NCBI GenBank assembly: GCA_004764695.1
Contig: SMSO01000034.1
Coordinates: forward strand, 248,001-312,000
Length of the DNA stretch: 64,000 bases
Direction: 5' to 3'
Source of the DNA: Schizochytrium sp. TIO01
Lineage: Eukaryota; Protista; Bigyra: Labyrinthulomycetes
Position numbers and translations under genes: made by a program. Position 1 is the first letter of the stretch. Every line of letters begins with the position of its first letter. Below are positions 1 through 11,751 of this stretch, in pieces. A model generated the notes under the pieces. The model made no database searches. It saw only the letters and a program-made list of their open reading frames with translations, and was not told the DNA's origin.

Positions 1-694
1 TATGGAGGTTCGAGATATCTGTGTTGCTTTGTCGTATTTTGGGTGAATCCTGAACATTTGGTAGACGATGACTGGTGACCGACAGAAAATGTTGCGGTTC
101 CGTACGAGAAATCAAATCACTTAACCTCCTCACTTCAGCTTGATGATCATCGATTATGTCCTGCGTTTTTGCAAGGCGTTGTTCTTTGGCAAGAATTTGT
201 TGCTCTTTCACTTCTAACGACTTTTCTTTTTCGATAATTTTTTTGGACAAATTCACGCAAACGGCAAGAGTAGCGTCCTGTATATCATCGGGCGAGTACC
301 CGTACCTCCTCTGGAACAATTTTGACTTGATCTCACCACGACAGAAAGCATCGAGAAAATTGTAGTTATCGAGTCCTAATTTGTCGGTGATTTCCTCTTT
401 CAGATCCTCGATTTCTTGCAAAAGCTTGGCTTTTTCAGCCTCGAGGTTCTCAAGTTTTCGATCCATACGCTTGTTCTCCTCAGCCTTTTCTGCACGCAAA
501 GTTCTAGCGTCGGCCAAGAGGGAAGCTAATTCCTGATTCAAGACTACGTGTTTCATAGGAGTGGGTCTGTCTGAATCGGTTGTGAACATCTGAATTGATG
601 AGAGGCGGGGTTCTCGTCTTCTAGCGGCATTCCTTGTCTGGTTGGTGATCTTGGAGGCTGCATTTCTAACTACCTTGATAGTAGCACCTATCAT
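1..694 (-). CDS. Hypothetical coiled-coil protein, 3' end truncated by the window edge
   Basis: Not in the ORF track. Manual translation from ATG 694 gives 231 uninterrupted codons to the edge (MIGATIKVVRNAASK...LRAEKAEENKRMDRKLENLEAEKAKLLQEIEDLKEEI...KEKSLEVKEQQILAKEQRL...), rich in E/K/L heptads. Confidence 0.6.
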   Translation of the reverse strand, partial: MIGATIKVVRNAASKITNQTRNAARRREPRLSSIQMFTTDSDRPTPMKHVVLNQELASLLADARTLRAEKAEENKRMDRKLENLEAEKAKLLQEIEDLKEEITDKLGLDNYNFLDAFCRGEIKSKLFQRRYGYSPDDIQDATLAVCVNLSKKIIEKEKSLEVKEQQILAKEQRLAKTQDIIDDHQAEVRRLSDLISRTEPQHFLSVTSHRLPNVQDSPKIRQSNTDISNLH

Positions 695-1615
695 GGTGTT
701 CGAACGAATTTTGAGGTGTTCGAACGATTGGGTTTTGCTGCTCTTGAGAACTAGGTTTGGATGCTTCCTCTATTGTCTATACTTGATTTACTAATGAATC
801 TTACTAGTAGATATTCTTACTTATTTATTTGTTTCTTACACACCCTCAAATCAAACCCATATCTTCTTCTAATGACTCATACACTGCACGAGGGATAAAC
901 TATAAAACAAGCTCTGAATATCATTACAAATCGCATCGATCTATATAGGTGCAATAGTATGCTAAGTATTCTTTTTAAAAAATTACTACTCAAGTTATCG
1001 TTCATAAGTATTTTGCGAAACCCAGAATCCGCGAAGTAAAGTCTGCAGTGCTCGTTTGCATAACTTTGATGCCGCGTGGCCGCAGCGTCCACGAATCTAT
1101 TTCTCTCCTCGCACGCGCCGTTTGCCGTGTGCGCGTACGTGCATGCACTCATTCCACCCATCTCTCCCTCCACTGTTCGATCACGCAAGTCAAACGTTGT
1201 GATGATTCGATGCAAGTGGGTAAGATCGATGCCCCCGCTCGCCAAGGCCAAGGACAACTTTCCATGCATCGTTTGACTGCGTAAGTCGAAAGTTGTGCAG
1301 GTTGTGCTGGCTCGTGTCGGTAGGTAGAAGAAGAGAAGATCGGTCCTCTCAGTAGACCTTGATCAAGCGATTTGTGCAGGCAGTGCTAGGCAGGAGAGGA
1401 GAAATGAAGATCGGCTGATCGTTTGGTTGAGCAGTGTTGTTAGAGACTTGAAGAACGATTTTCTGACTCGCCAGCGGTAGAGGCTTGACTACTTATCTTT
1501 TGATCACCTAAGTCGAGAGTAGTTGTGCAGTTAGAGAAGATCGATAGGTAGATGGATACCCTCGCTCACCAAGGACAAACTTTGATCAATCGTTTGTTTT
1601 ATTTCAAAAGCTGTA

Positions 1616-2574
1616 CTATTCAGAGTTTATATTCATGAGTCCTCTACCAAACGCACACTGATTCGGTGCTTCTTTTTGAAGCTTATATCTATACTTTACA
1701 TAATAATCAAGGTCATTCCAACACTCAGGCTCCACTGTGCTCATAAGTAGGTACTCTTGAATGTCAGAAGCCCAGGGAGGAATGTCCTAAACATGTGAGA
1801 CAATAAAGGCTCTCTGTGTGATATCTTTCATTTTAATTTTATCCCTTAGCCATCTGTCAAATCCGCGCTTGTCACCAGTCTTCAGTATGCCATATGCAAA
1901 ATTTCTCAGACCTGAGACGGAATCAAAATGCCCCTTTTCACACATTAAATTAGCTCTCCAAGGTCCAACATATCTGATACAAGTGAGACACTCATCTACA
2001 ATCGTTTCTTCGTTCTCAAGATCATCAAGTTCCTTAAGCAGATCGCGCTTCGGTGCAATCCATTCTTTATAGATGTTTTCCAAAGCGAGAACGTCTGCAT
2101 CAGCTCGGTGCGCATTCTCAATAGGTTTGCCAAACATGACCTCATGAACATCCCCCAATCTAAATGATTTCATATTGGGGTAATTTTTCCTTAACCAAGG
2201 TAAAGAGTCCCAAAACTTAATTTGTTGAGGAACAACACCATTCAACACTTTGAGGAGAATTAATTGATCAAAATATGTGTTATTGTGAGCAATCATTTCC
2301 ACATAATCGAAATCGTCGACGTTGAATTCCTTAAACATTTTAGCAACGGCCTGTTCGATGGTGGGTGCATCTTTGATGTCTTGGTCATGAATGTTGTGAA
2401 TCAATGAAGAATTAGGAGGAACTCCTCCCTTAAAACCGGGATTGACGAATGATGTAAAATGGGTCCATCTACAATTTTTGCGCATATTTGTAGAATCTTA
2501 TGATTTTTACTAAACATTGGCATGTTCCGAAAACCGGTTGTTTCCAAATCGTATATAATATGAAGAACTTTCAT
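1616..2574 (-). pseudogene. DEDDh (DnaQ/DNA pol III epsilon-like) 3'-5' exonuclease, disrupted
   Basis: ExoI YDLETTG lies in ORF 2401-2679 (ATG 2574). ExoII AHNNTYFD and ExoIII AHRADADV lie in ORF 1787-2485. The two join through a 1-nt frameshift near 2464. After the TAG at 1787-1789 the frame stays open for 56 more codons, to TAG 1616-1618. Confidence 0.8.
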
Positions 2575-2666
2575 GTTTTTAATAGCGGCCGCTTGTCGTT
2601 TCGAGTTTGCATTAGATTTTTTTTGTTCTGTTGAGCGGGGGAGGGTTCTTGGATTAAGCTCTCCAA

Positions 2667-3188
2667 ATGTATGTTTCAACCGCTTATTGTCTCGTATTCA
2701 CAGCACTAATATGTATCCTTGGACCTGCTTTAGGATCGGATGTCTCTGTGACGACATCCGATGGGACAACTGAAGAATCAGGTGTAGAGGTGGTCGGCAA
2801 TGAAATAGTTTCATGCAATCTAAACACTGACACTGGTAATATGCTGTGTGCGAATAGAGGTTATGATACTATCATCCAATATCACAACGTTAGGCAGTTA
2901 ATGATGTGTGAGTATCACTACTGCGTAACCTTCACAGACGATGAAGATGTGTTGACTTGCTCCGGCTATGTGTATAAATCTAACGCTGTAGGTAGCTCCA
3001 AACTTTATAACCCATTGACTCCATGGGTTTCTGATTCTGATCCTAGCACTCGATCCGATGGTACTGTTGTTGAATTAGGTACTCCATTTAATATAATGAC
3101 TCTATGGTTGTTGCATTTTTCTCGATATGATGCATGGGTCATGATGACTGAAACGAATAAGCTGATGAGAAACCGGGACTCGTTTTAA
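2667..3188 (+). CDS. Hypothetical secreted Cys-rich protein (possible RCC1-like repeat fragment)
   Basis: 173-aa ORF with a hydrophobic N-terminal signal-like segment (CLVFTALICILGPALG) and spaced Cys motifs (SCNLNTDTGNMLC, HYCVTFTDDEDVLTCSG). It is divergent from the exonuclease with a 92-bp spacer. Confidence 0.45.
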   Translation: MYVSTAYCLVFTALICILGPALGSDVSVTTSDGTTEESGVEVVGNEIVSCNLNTDTGNMLCANRGYDTIIQYHNVRQLMMCEYHYCVTFTDDEDVLTCSGYVYKSNAVGSSKLYNPLTPWVSDSDPSTRSDGTVVELGTPFNIMTLWLLHFSRYDAWVMMTETNKLMRNRDSF

Positions 3189-3407
3189 TTTTGCTTTAGA
3201 TCAAGAAGAAGAGGATAAACATGTTCTAGCACTTATGCGCGCTATCCATGATCATTTACATTCTCTCAAAGACTATTTACAACAACAATATGCCGCTTTC
3301 TTATGAAATTGATATCTATAGATGTACCTTATGTTCATTTTTATGCTATCTCACTTCAAAATATTTTATCTCGATAAGTGTTTATTTTAATTTTATATTT
3401 CCGAAAT

Positions 3408-3545
3408 GATGGAGACTTTAAAAATATTTTATTTGAAATAAAAATCTTTTGTCTCACGATGGGAAACTGAAAATATATTATTGGAATTAAACATATTTTG
3501 TCTCAAGATGGGAAACTGAAAATATTTTATTGGAATCAGAGATAT
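3408..3545. repeat. AT-rich ~50-bp tandem repeat, about 2.7 copies
   Basis: Units beginning GATGG at 3408, 3458 and 3507 (GATGGGAAACTGAAAATAT.TTATTGGAAT; the first copy is more diverged). Confidence 0.75.
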
Positions 3546-3671
3546 ATAAAAATTCATATGAACATTGAATCACTTTCCTTCGAGTAGCTCATTGTTGCAA
3601 TTTATTCGGCGCTTACTTTCTTTAAGGCTAGCAAGATGGGTTAAGGTAGAATGATTTTTTTTTCTTTGTGC

Positions 3672-4650
3672 TCACAAAACTTCATCCACGAGTTCTTCGA
3701 TTACAGCTTCGAGCATTTGCATCTCAACATCGCAATTGGCTACAAATTGCTCTGTTCGTTTGGGACTGTAAGTGGCATTTCCAAAGTCAGATACGAACAT
3801 CGTCGTTAGAGACCACCATATGGAAAGCAGGGAGACATATTTTGTGGTGTGTGATCCCATTCTCGTGCAGGATTGAAAGCGTCTTACGCATATCATCTCC
3901 ACGTGGATAAAGGCTTGCTCCAATGCAGCTTCTGGCATCGTTGCCAGTGGCGACCCTTCCGAGAAGTCACAAAGATTTGCCGATCGTTAGTAAACCCCCC
4001 GGCGTGAAAAAGGTAGGGTGCACACACACCTTGCAAACTGCGAAGAGGGTCTCTGTACATCTTTATTTCATCATGAAAGTACGCCTTGGCGTAGGGATCC
4101 TCCTTATCCAGGGTTTTTAGCACGAGAGGAATACCACTTATAGTCATTTTGATAGATTGAGTTAGAGAGTTTGCACTGGGACGTATTTCGCGCACCTCCC
4201 AAGGAAAACCGATGCAAATTTGCTTGAGGGGGGGGGTGTATCTATCAAAGCATGGCGTAAAGAATCTCCAGCTGACTTCTTGTTGCGAAGATGTTTTCAC
4301 CAACTGAAATGAAAGTATTTTTCATATTGTTGATGATGTTCCCAGGAACTAGCGCGGCATTGTTATGGATGCCGTCTCCATTTGCACCTCCACCAGCGCC
4401 AGCTGCTCCAGGTGCATGTGGCGGCGGCTGTTGACCGCCGTTTCCTGGACCTTGACCATTTCCACCTGGAGCGCCACCACCTCCATTGTTGTTATTGTTG
4501 CTGTTATTGTTGCTGTTAGCTGCTTGCTGTTGGGCTTGTTGAAGAGCGAGCCATGCATTTTTCATATCCTGAACAAATTGTGCTTTATTCATTTGAACGT
4601 CAATGGTGTCTCTGCCACTAGGGTGGCTGTCCAGTACTGGTCAAGAAAAT
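3672..4650 (-). pseudogene. Frameshifted protein-kinase-like gene with a Q/N/G-rich linker
   Basis: Fragments across frames: VLKTLDK...FHDEIKMYRDPLRSLQGVCAPYL (N-lobe Lys/alphaC Glu), DDMRKTLSILHENGITHHKI (catalytic-loop region) and FVSDFGNA (DFG). The low-complexity ORF 4245-4592 lies upstream. Several frameshifts; the 5' extent is uncertain. Confidence 0.55.
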
Positions 4651-5331
4651 TGTAGAATCTAGTGTTGTTTTAAATCACCAAACGATGTCCAGGGTTGCCT
4701 GTTTCCGCCTCTCTAGCAACATGTGCTAAAAAACTGGTGAGCAATGCTGTCGGAGAATCTGTTGAAAGACCACCGCCGCAGCCATTCAGTCCGGGGCTCA
4801 CAAACAGTCGACCATTTAGTATTTACTTTAAAATCGTGGCAAACTAGTTAAAGGCTTTCATGTCAGACGCTTCACTGGATACCATTGCTGGTTTGGTCTT
4901 GAGTGCTTCGCTTTTGAAAAGAATACCAAATTTTTGGATGATTGTTGCGAAATGCTACGTGGAATGCATTGGCATGGTATTCAAAATTGGTTTTACGAAT
5001 TACATCGAGCAACTGTGTTTAACCAGTAAAATGACCATGTTTTCCCGTAGTACTTCCATCATGAAAAAGGTGAATTTTGGGGCCTTTAGAAACATATTTG
5101 ATGAATCTATTTAACAGAAAGAGGTGATACAATTTCAAGAACTCTTCCAGTCATTTGAAGCATATTTGGAATGTTCCTCACCTCAAGAAGAAATAAAACT
5201 GTCATTCCTCAAACCACCTGCTAGGTCCTTGGAGGAAGTGAAGAGAGAAAACATGAAGACTGAGTGTGACATTCATTGAAGTACAAATAGTGAAATATTT
5301 ATGAAAACGGAGACGAACTACAGGTAGAATA

Positions 5332-7257
5332 TTAAGAGAGAGCGAGAGGTTGCTCTGGAGTAGCAACTGCAGCACTGGCCTTTGCATTCTGATTATACTC
5401 TTGTTCCACATTAGTCACAGTAGAAGGAATTGAAGCACTTACATTTGCATTGCCGTCTGGCAAATGAACAGTGGAGCTCTCTGGAACTGTCACAGTACTT
5501 GCGACATCATTTGGTGTTCGGTGGACACCAATCATGCGCTCATAATACGAAAGGTGCTCAGGTTTCACAGCTTCGCCATGATAGTCCTCTGCACGGCCCA
5601 GTAAAATGAGGTCCCAACGATCATCGGTATGCGACATGTCCATAGAAGACACATCTGGTGTAAAAAGCTCAGTGACCACGAGACCAACAAAGCCACATGC
5701 AGCACAAAAGAGAAAGATCGACTTGATTGTCAGCGTATTACCTTGATTTCCATAAGTGAGTAAAAGAGCACCAAATAGGGCACCGAGCTTGCCGACTGCT
5801 GCTGCTACACCATGCGCCTGACTTCGTACATCAGTTGGGAAGAGTTCAGCAGGCAGGAGCCACGTGGTCGCGTTTGGACCAAATTGCCCAAAGAATGTCG
5901 TGAGATAGTACAAGGCCTGGAACCAAGACGTATATTCGGGTTTTGAGAGGTCATTGTAAGCAACTCCGCAAATAAGAAAGAGAATGAACATTGCAAGGAA
6001 GCCTAAACTCTGCAGACGACGTCGCCCCATCCAGGGCTCGTCGATGACAAAGGCAGCACCATAAAGTCCAACGAGAGCTACACTTGAATTGAGCAGTGAA
6101 TATTCAAGGGTGAGAAATACAGAGCTGTCCTGCCCAATAATAGACGCAATAATAGAGTTCTGAAAAAGCTTATTGCTGTAGTAGATAGCATCCCAAACAA
6201 ACCAACTCACAGAGGTACCAAAGACACGATGCCAGTAATACTTTAGAACTAGATTCCGGTGTTTTTGTTGTTTAGTTTGCACTTTGGTACCATTTTTTTC
6301 TTTGTTAGCACTCCAAACTTTAGACTCCTTCAAAAACATGAACCGACCAGCAACTAGCACAGCAAGGAAGAAAGCGCCGATTGCGTACTGAAGACGCCAT
6401 GTGAGTTCGAGAGATCGATCAGAGCATCCGGTGTCTTCGGTGCAACCCGTCCCTGCCATGGTGGCAAGAATGACAACGGTATTACCAACATTGCCGATGC
6501 TCTGCATCGCGAAAGTAAGTACTACAGCTTTGCCACGAATCTGGTATGGCAAGTTTTTCTCCTTTTTGAGTGCATCTGCTGACTCAGCAGCGCTTGCAGA
6601 AGCCAGAGGAAATTCGCCTCCAACTCCATAAGAAAAGAAGAATAAGGCAACAGCAAAGAAGATCCATTGACCCGTTAATGTGCGCCCTTTTGCAGCTGCA
6701 GTGAGGATACCACATACGCACATGATTAATGCAGTGAGGCAGGATCCCATGCGGCGGCCAAAGACATCGGCTACATAGCCAAAACTGAGCATGCCTGCAA
6801 TAACACCAAGTACCTCGACATAGGTCAAGCTCGATACCACACCATTGTTACAGGTCGGATCATCTGAGTAGCACTCTGGATACAGTTCTTCCCAGAGCAG
6901 CTCGAGATTCCCGATTGCGAAGAGAAAGTAGGCTTCATTGAACATACCTGCCCCTGCCAGAATGCTTTTGCCGCACAATGCAACATTGTCTTTTGACTTT
7001 TTCTTGAACGAGCGGTCATCCTTGCGCTCAACTTCAAAGCCTCCACCGCTGCAGACGTTTGCGGAAGACCCAAAGGCCCGTTCATAAAAGGCAAGTCGAT
7101 CTCGATCCGCTTTTTCTTCTTCATTTTCGCGCCCTGCAACTTCGCTGTCCTTGGCCATTACCACCGGTGGCGCTGGTGGCTCACTCGCATCCCTTTCTGA
7201 GCTGTAAGACTCAGAGGTCTCAACCGAGCCAGTATTGCTGGCATTTTGCAAGTCCAT
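5332..7257 (-). CDS. MFS phosphate:H+ symporter, PHT1/PHO84 family
   Basis: 641 aa, about 12 TM helices, MFS motif ADVFGRR, PHT1-signature-like GVGGEFPLASASAAE, and FFGQFGPNATTWLLPAELFPT. Confidence 0.9.
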   Translation of the reverse strand: MDLQNASNTGSVETSESYSSERDASEPPAPPVVMAKDSEVAGRENEEEKADRDRLAFYERAFGSSANVCSGGGFEVERKDDRSFKKKSKDNVALCGKSILAGAGMFNEAYFLFAIGNLELLWEELYPECYSDDPTCNNGVVSSLTYVEVLGVIAGMLSFGYVADVFGRRMGSCLTALIMCVCGILTAAAKGRTLTGQWIFFAVALFFFSYGVGGEFPLASASAAESADALKKEKNLPYQIRGKAVVLTFAMQSIGNVGNTVVILATMAGTGCTEDTGCSDRSLELTWRLQYAIGAFFLAVLVAGRFMFLKESKVWSANKEKNGTKVQTKQQKHRNLVLKYYWHRVFGTSVSWFVWDAIYYSNKLFQNSIIASIIGQDSSVFLTLEYSLLNSSVALVGLYGAAFVIDEPWMGRRRLQSLGFLAMFILFLICGVAYNDLSKPEYTSWFQALYYLTTFFGQFGPNATTWLLPAELFPTDVRSQAHGVAAAVGKLGALFGALLLTYGNQGNTLTIKSIFLFCAACGFVGLVVTELFTPDVSSMDMSHTDDRWDLILLGRAEDYHGEAVKPEHLSYYERMIGVHRTPNDVASTVTVPESSTVHLPDGNANVSASIPSTVTNVEQEYNQNAKASAAVATPEQPLALS

Positions 7258-9837
7258 CGTTGCCCTCGTGCACAGCTTTGAGTTCCCCTCGGTTCATCCC
7301 GAGTTGCTTCAAGTCCCGCCTCTTGGGCACTTCCTTTTGATCGTTGTTTGCACGCACCTGGGTACCTACTATGCAGCACTCGGCGGCTCTTCTTCTCCAA
7401 ACCATACTTGTCAGACTTACAAAAGGAACAGACAGCAGTCATTTACATGTCTTTAGTTCAACTCTCAACTTTGTGCATCGTAATACTTGACCCAGAGTTC
7501 GGGTGCTTTGCTCCACTGCCTCCTTGGGGGGGCCTTTCACTCACCGCAGCCTCTCTCCAGCGCAATCCAACGACACTGCGGCAAGTTCCGCAACGCCCTC
7601 CCACGTCTCGAGCTACTCCAAGCTAAGCCTGGTGCCCTTGCGTTCGGCATCCAACCTCGATTCCTGCACTTCACGAAGCTTCGAAGCTCGTGCATCGTTC
7701 CCCAAACGACACATTGACGCATGGCTCTTCCACTGTTTCCTCTTTAGCCTCGCTCTGCGAATGAGTGACATACGGCATCTTCATAGGTATTGCGGTGAGT
7801 GATTGAGTGAGTGAGTAACCAAAAGTAAGTAAACGCGCGAGGTACTGAACGGATTGAGGCCTGAACAAGAGCGTTCAAGAATCAAATGAAACTCAACAAA
7901 CGAGATCGAAGCCGAGAGTGATCCTGCTCCGGCACAGTCTTCTAAACGACGATGGAGGCCTCGCTTCTTAGGGGCAGGGGACGAGCGATCATTCTCAAGT
8001 CGACTCGAGGAACTTGCACTTGGAGGAGCTGATTGATTAGGGCTCCGAGTCCTTGCATGCCGGCTTCAAGATCTAGCAAAACTCCAAGTTGGGCCCGTGG
8101 TTTCAGGATACGGTTCCAGGATACTCTTGCTTTGACCGAGTATGGCACGAGCTGGCGAAATGCTGACCGTGCAGCAACCCCCCAATCCACAGCAGGGAGT
8201 TCGGAAAGGTAGCTCGCTAGTTTCATTAGTTTGATAGAACATTGACAAATATACAAATATGCCAGTGACTCGCGGAAAATGGTCCTTATTCAGCAGTGAC
8301 GAGGTTCCTCAGAACCAGAGGACGGACGATCGTGCAAAGCTTGCTTAGAAGCATCTAGTGGAGAAGCACCTTGAGGGCCGCGGTGATCGCTCATGGCACG
8401 CCTGGGTCTGCCTCGCGCCGTATGCACTAGATCGTCCCGTCGAGTTTCCAGTTAACCTTCCTTTGATTAGAGTGGCACGATATGGAGTCAAGATTGGAAA
8501 CTTCAACAGTCTTGGAGTCAGACACGGAGCTGAAATGGCGAGGCTGAGATCCCAAGCAAGATACTACTACCAGTGTCACCCGAGGTAAGAGCATCAACCT
8601 ACTAACAACTAGGTGTTAGGATGAAAATAGATTGCGCAAATCTTAGCATGGATCGTAGTTTCCACAGTAATTCACACCGGAAAAGTTGTAGCAAAAGTTT
8701 GCCCAATGGCAACGCCCGCGCCGTCGCAAGACCATGATCTTAGGCTGTGTTTGGCTGCAATTGACATGTTTCCTGTTCCCGCTTTATGTGAACAGAAACT
8801 CACTGCACCTCGGAATGGTGCCCACGTAGAACCAGCTGGAGAGAGCTCTGGCTAAAATTAGTTAATCCTTACGATGACTTGGTCTTTATTATGTTGTTAC
8901 TTGTAAGTTGTCCGCAGCAATTCGACTATTGCATTGTCCCCAAACTCCTTTCCTTCTGGCCTGACAATCATTATTCTTTGGAGTGTCCTTTCTTTCTTCT
9001 TTTCTTTGTTAATTTAAAGGCAATACAGATCATGTTCTCTTGTAGCACGATCTAGATATATCATTTTGCAATACCCCCGCTGTTCTTAGCTTATGTAAAC
9101 GTTATATCTCACCATTTAGGGGGCTATAGAAATGTCTTCAGAAGGGCGATAATGTTTGATTCCAAAACGGTAAAACTTCTTTGGTCTTGCTCGAGATTTA
9201 GTCCCAAGTATTTTAAACCACTCCATCTAAACAGAGACTACCGCTTGCAATCCTTCGATTTGGGCACACCACAAGTCAAAAGCAAAACAACGTGTTTATG
9301 AGAATATAGAAATGACCATGGCAGCTCATAAACCAGTCAAGAACATCATAATTGTTTGTGCTGGCGTATATTACCTCACATCAGAGGTTTCATCTTCTTT
9401 TGCTCCGCCAGTTGAAAAATGACAGCTCATATGTGAGTTGCTTGAGTTCATTAGCTCCCACTTTGGTTCTGCTGCTCTGAAAAATGCTATATTCAAGTTG
9501 ATAAATGTAATAATATTCATAAAATGAGCGAATGCCTCCAATCCCGAGAAAGGGCCATGAACTGGTGTGTATCCTCTTAATACACCCAGTCTTTAATAGA
9601 TTTTACAAGCTTTAGATAACATTTTCTTATAATGAAGGCAAAATTAAAGGACTTAAATAATACATTTTGGAGCAGCAGTTTGAGTCCTGAGAGTGGACAT
9701 GATAATTTTATGGAAACGTGAAATCAAATCATCGAAAAAGTGGGTCCAAGGTCAAGCAACGAGCCTCTTCAGAAACCACTGCAGATTGATAAACTTGCGA
9801 AACATCTTGCGTTGGGATAGGGGTTCTGGTTCGAAGG

Positions 9838-11205
9838 ATGTCGTCGCCGTCCTCACCTGCTGGCGCGGAATCCGCAGTGCCCAAGGTCGATGAGCAGCGC
9901 TTCCATCGAGCAGTCCAACGTCGTTATGTAGGGTTTGCGCCTTCTCAAAAATCAAAGAACTATAGTCCTGAAAAGAGCCCAGGGGATGCGTCTGATGAAG
10001 AGTACACATTTGTACAGCTCGCAGACACGCAGTTTGGCATGATGGCTGAGTCTAAGAATCTGCAGTGGTACCGGCATTTCAGATACCTGATTCATTTAGC
10101 GACATGCGGCAGAAACGACGGCAAAGCACTCATTCCAGTGCCAGAGTTGCGAGCTGGACTCCGAGATCTGGATGATGAAGCATTTTTGGAACTGGAAATT
10201 GAGATTGCTCGAAAGACTGTCAAGGTGATCAATAGACTACGGCCGAAACCACGTTTTGCCGTTGTGTGTGGCGACTTGACCAATGCTTTCCCAGACAAGA
10301 AACCTTCAGCGCAGGAAAAAGAAGTGAATATTTTCAAGCAAATCTTTTCCGATCTAGACTCCGAGATTGAGCTGGTTTGCGTGTGTGGAAACCATGACGT
10401 TGGCCAAACACCGACACCTCGAACCCTCGAGGCGTATAAAAACAGGTTCGGGGATGACTACTTTTCGTTTCGTGTGGGCTCTGATCGCTATGTTGTGCTG
10501 AACTCGCAGTTGTACATGGACCCTTCGAAATGCAAAGAAGCAGCTGAGGCGCAGGACCTCTGGCTTGATGGGGAACTTTTTGACCGCGCGCCTTCTGCTG
10601 TACGTCACAACATTGCTTTCACACACATCCCTCCTTTTATTTCGAAACCGGATGAACACCATGCCGGGTTTAACCTGCCAGTACCGACGCGCATGAAGCT
10701 CTTGAGCCGCCTCGCCCAGGCGGGTTTTTCGCATGTCTTTTCTGGTCATTATCACCGTAATGCGGGAGGAGTTTTTGAGCGGAAGCACCTGGGCCCTCTC
10801 GAGGTTGTTACAACAGCAGCGATAGGTGGAAACTTAATGACTGACCCGGAGGCCGACCCATTGGCTTACGAAGGAATGATGCAAATTGATATCAATGATC
10901 ATCTTAGCGGACTTCGTATTGTCCATGTTGGCCCTAAGGGTGTCCGGCACGAGTTTCGTACAATTCGTGAGCTCCGCGACAGCTACCGTAAAGAGCGTGA
11001 CGCTTGGACGGTGGAGGAAGATGATACCATTATGACCATGCGTAGAAAAGGAAATCCATGGGAAGAAATCGCTGCTTCACTCAACTCCGCACGTGTTGAT
11101 GCCAAGGCTGAGCTTGCACGACAACGCTCAGCTTCATTGATTAAACATCGTTATAAAACCTTGAAGTCTGCTCGCCAGGCTGCACTTGCAGCCCAGAATG
11201 CTTGA
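9838..11205 (+). CDS. Calcineurin-like metallophosphoesterase (CPPED1-like) with a C-terminal Myb/SANT domain
   Basis: Motifs LADTQFG, VCGDLT, CGNHD, FTHIPPF, SGHYH. The C-terminal WTVEEDDTI...WEEIAASL...RSASLIKHRY fits a Myb repeat. Confidence 0.85.
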   Translation: MSSPSSPAGAESAVPKVDEQRFHRAVQRRYVGFAPSQKSKNYSPEKSPGDASDEEYTFVQLADTQFGMMAESKNLQWYRHFRYLIHLATCGRNDGKALIPVPELRAGLRDLDDEAFLELEIEIARKTVKVINRLRPKPRFAVVCGDLTNAFPDKKPSAQEKEVNIFKQIFSDLDSEIELVCVCGNHDVGQTPTPRTLEAYKNRFGDDYFSFRVGSDRYVVLNSQLYMDPSKCKEAAEAQDLWLDGELFDRAPSAVRHNIAFTHIPPFISKPDEHHAGFNLPVPTRMKLLSRLAQAGFSHVFSGHYHRNAGGVFERKHLGPLEVVTTAAIGGNLMTDPEADPLAYEGMMQIDINDHLSGLRIVHVGPKGVRHEFRTIRELRDSYRKERDAWTVEEDDTIMTMRRKGNPWEEIAASLNSARVDAKAELARQRSASLIKHRYKTLKSARQAALAAQNA

Positions 11206-11751
11206 TGCAAGAGCAAGAAGTCAAGGCGTACTTTTGATTTTCGTCAGGGCAAACCAGGAAAAATGCGTCACGCGCGTACCAATCATCGTCAAGCCACCCT
11301 GTAACGCCTATGTACCACAAGAACCTTGAGAAGGAACACAATTCAACGCCAGCGGAAGCTTTTTTATTTTTTCTCCTGAGAGTGTGCTAGTTTCAAGAAA
11401 GAACAAACATGAGTAACAAAATTGATTAGTTGGACTCGAACTTTTTGGGGGAGTATTTCTTTGGCAATAATAAGGATCAGAGGAGAAGGTGGATGAGTCC
11501 CTTTTGACTACGGTTGGGACTTCTCCATTTGTGTTGTTTATTTTTGGGTTTAGCTTTTTCGAAGTTTTACAAAGATTAAGTGAAGGTAAAAAGAACGGGA
11601 GGAGGGGAGGACACAGGGAACACAAAGAAAGCATATAAAGAAGTGATTGGACATGTACATTGCGACACTGGCTGGCAAAGGAGCAGAAGTGCTGCTATAT
11701 TCAGAAAGATCTTGGAGTCTCGCTCAAAGTTAACTAGCCGGTCCATTCATT

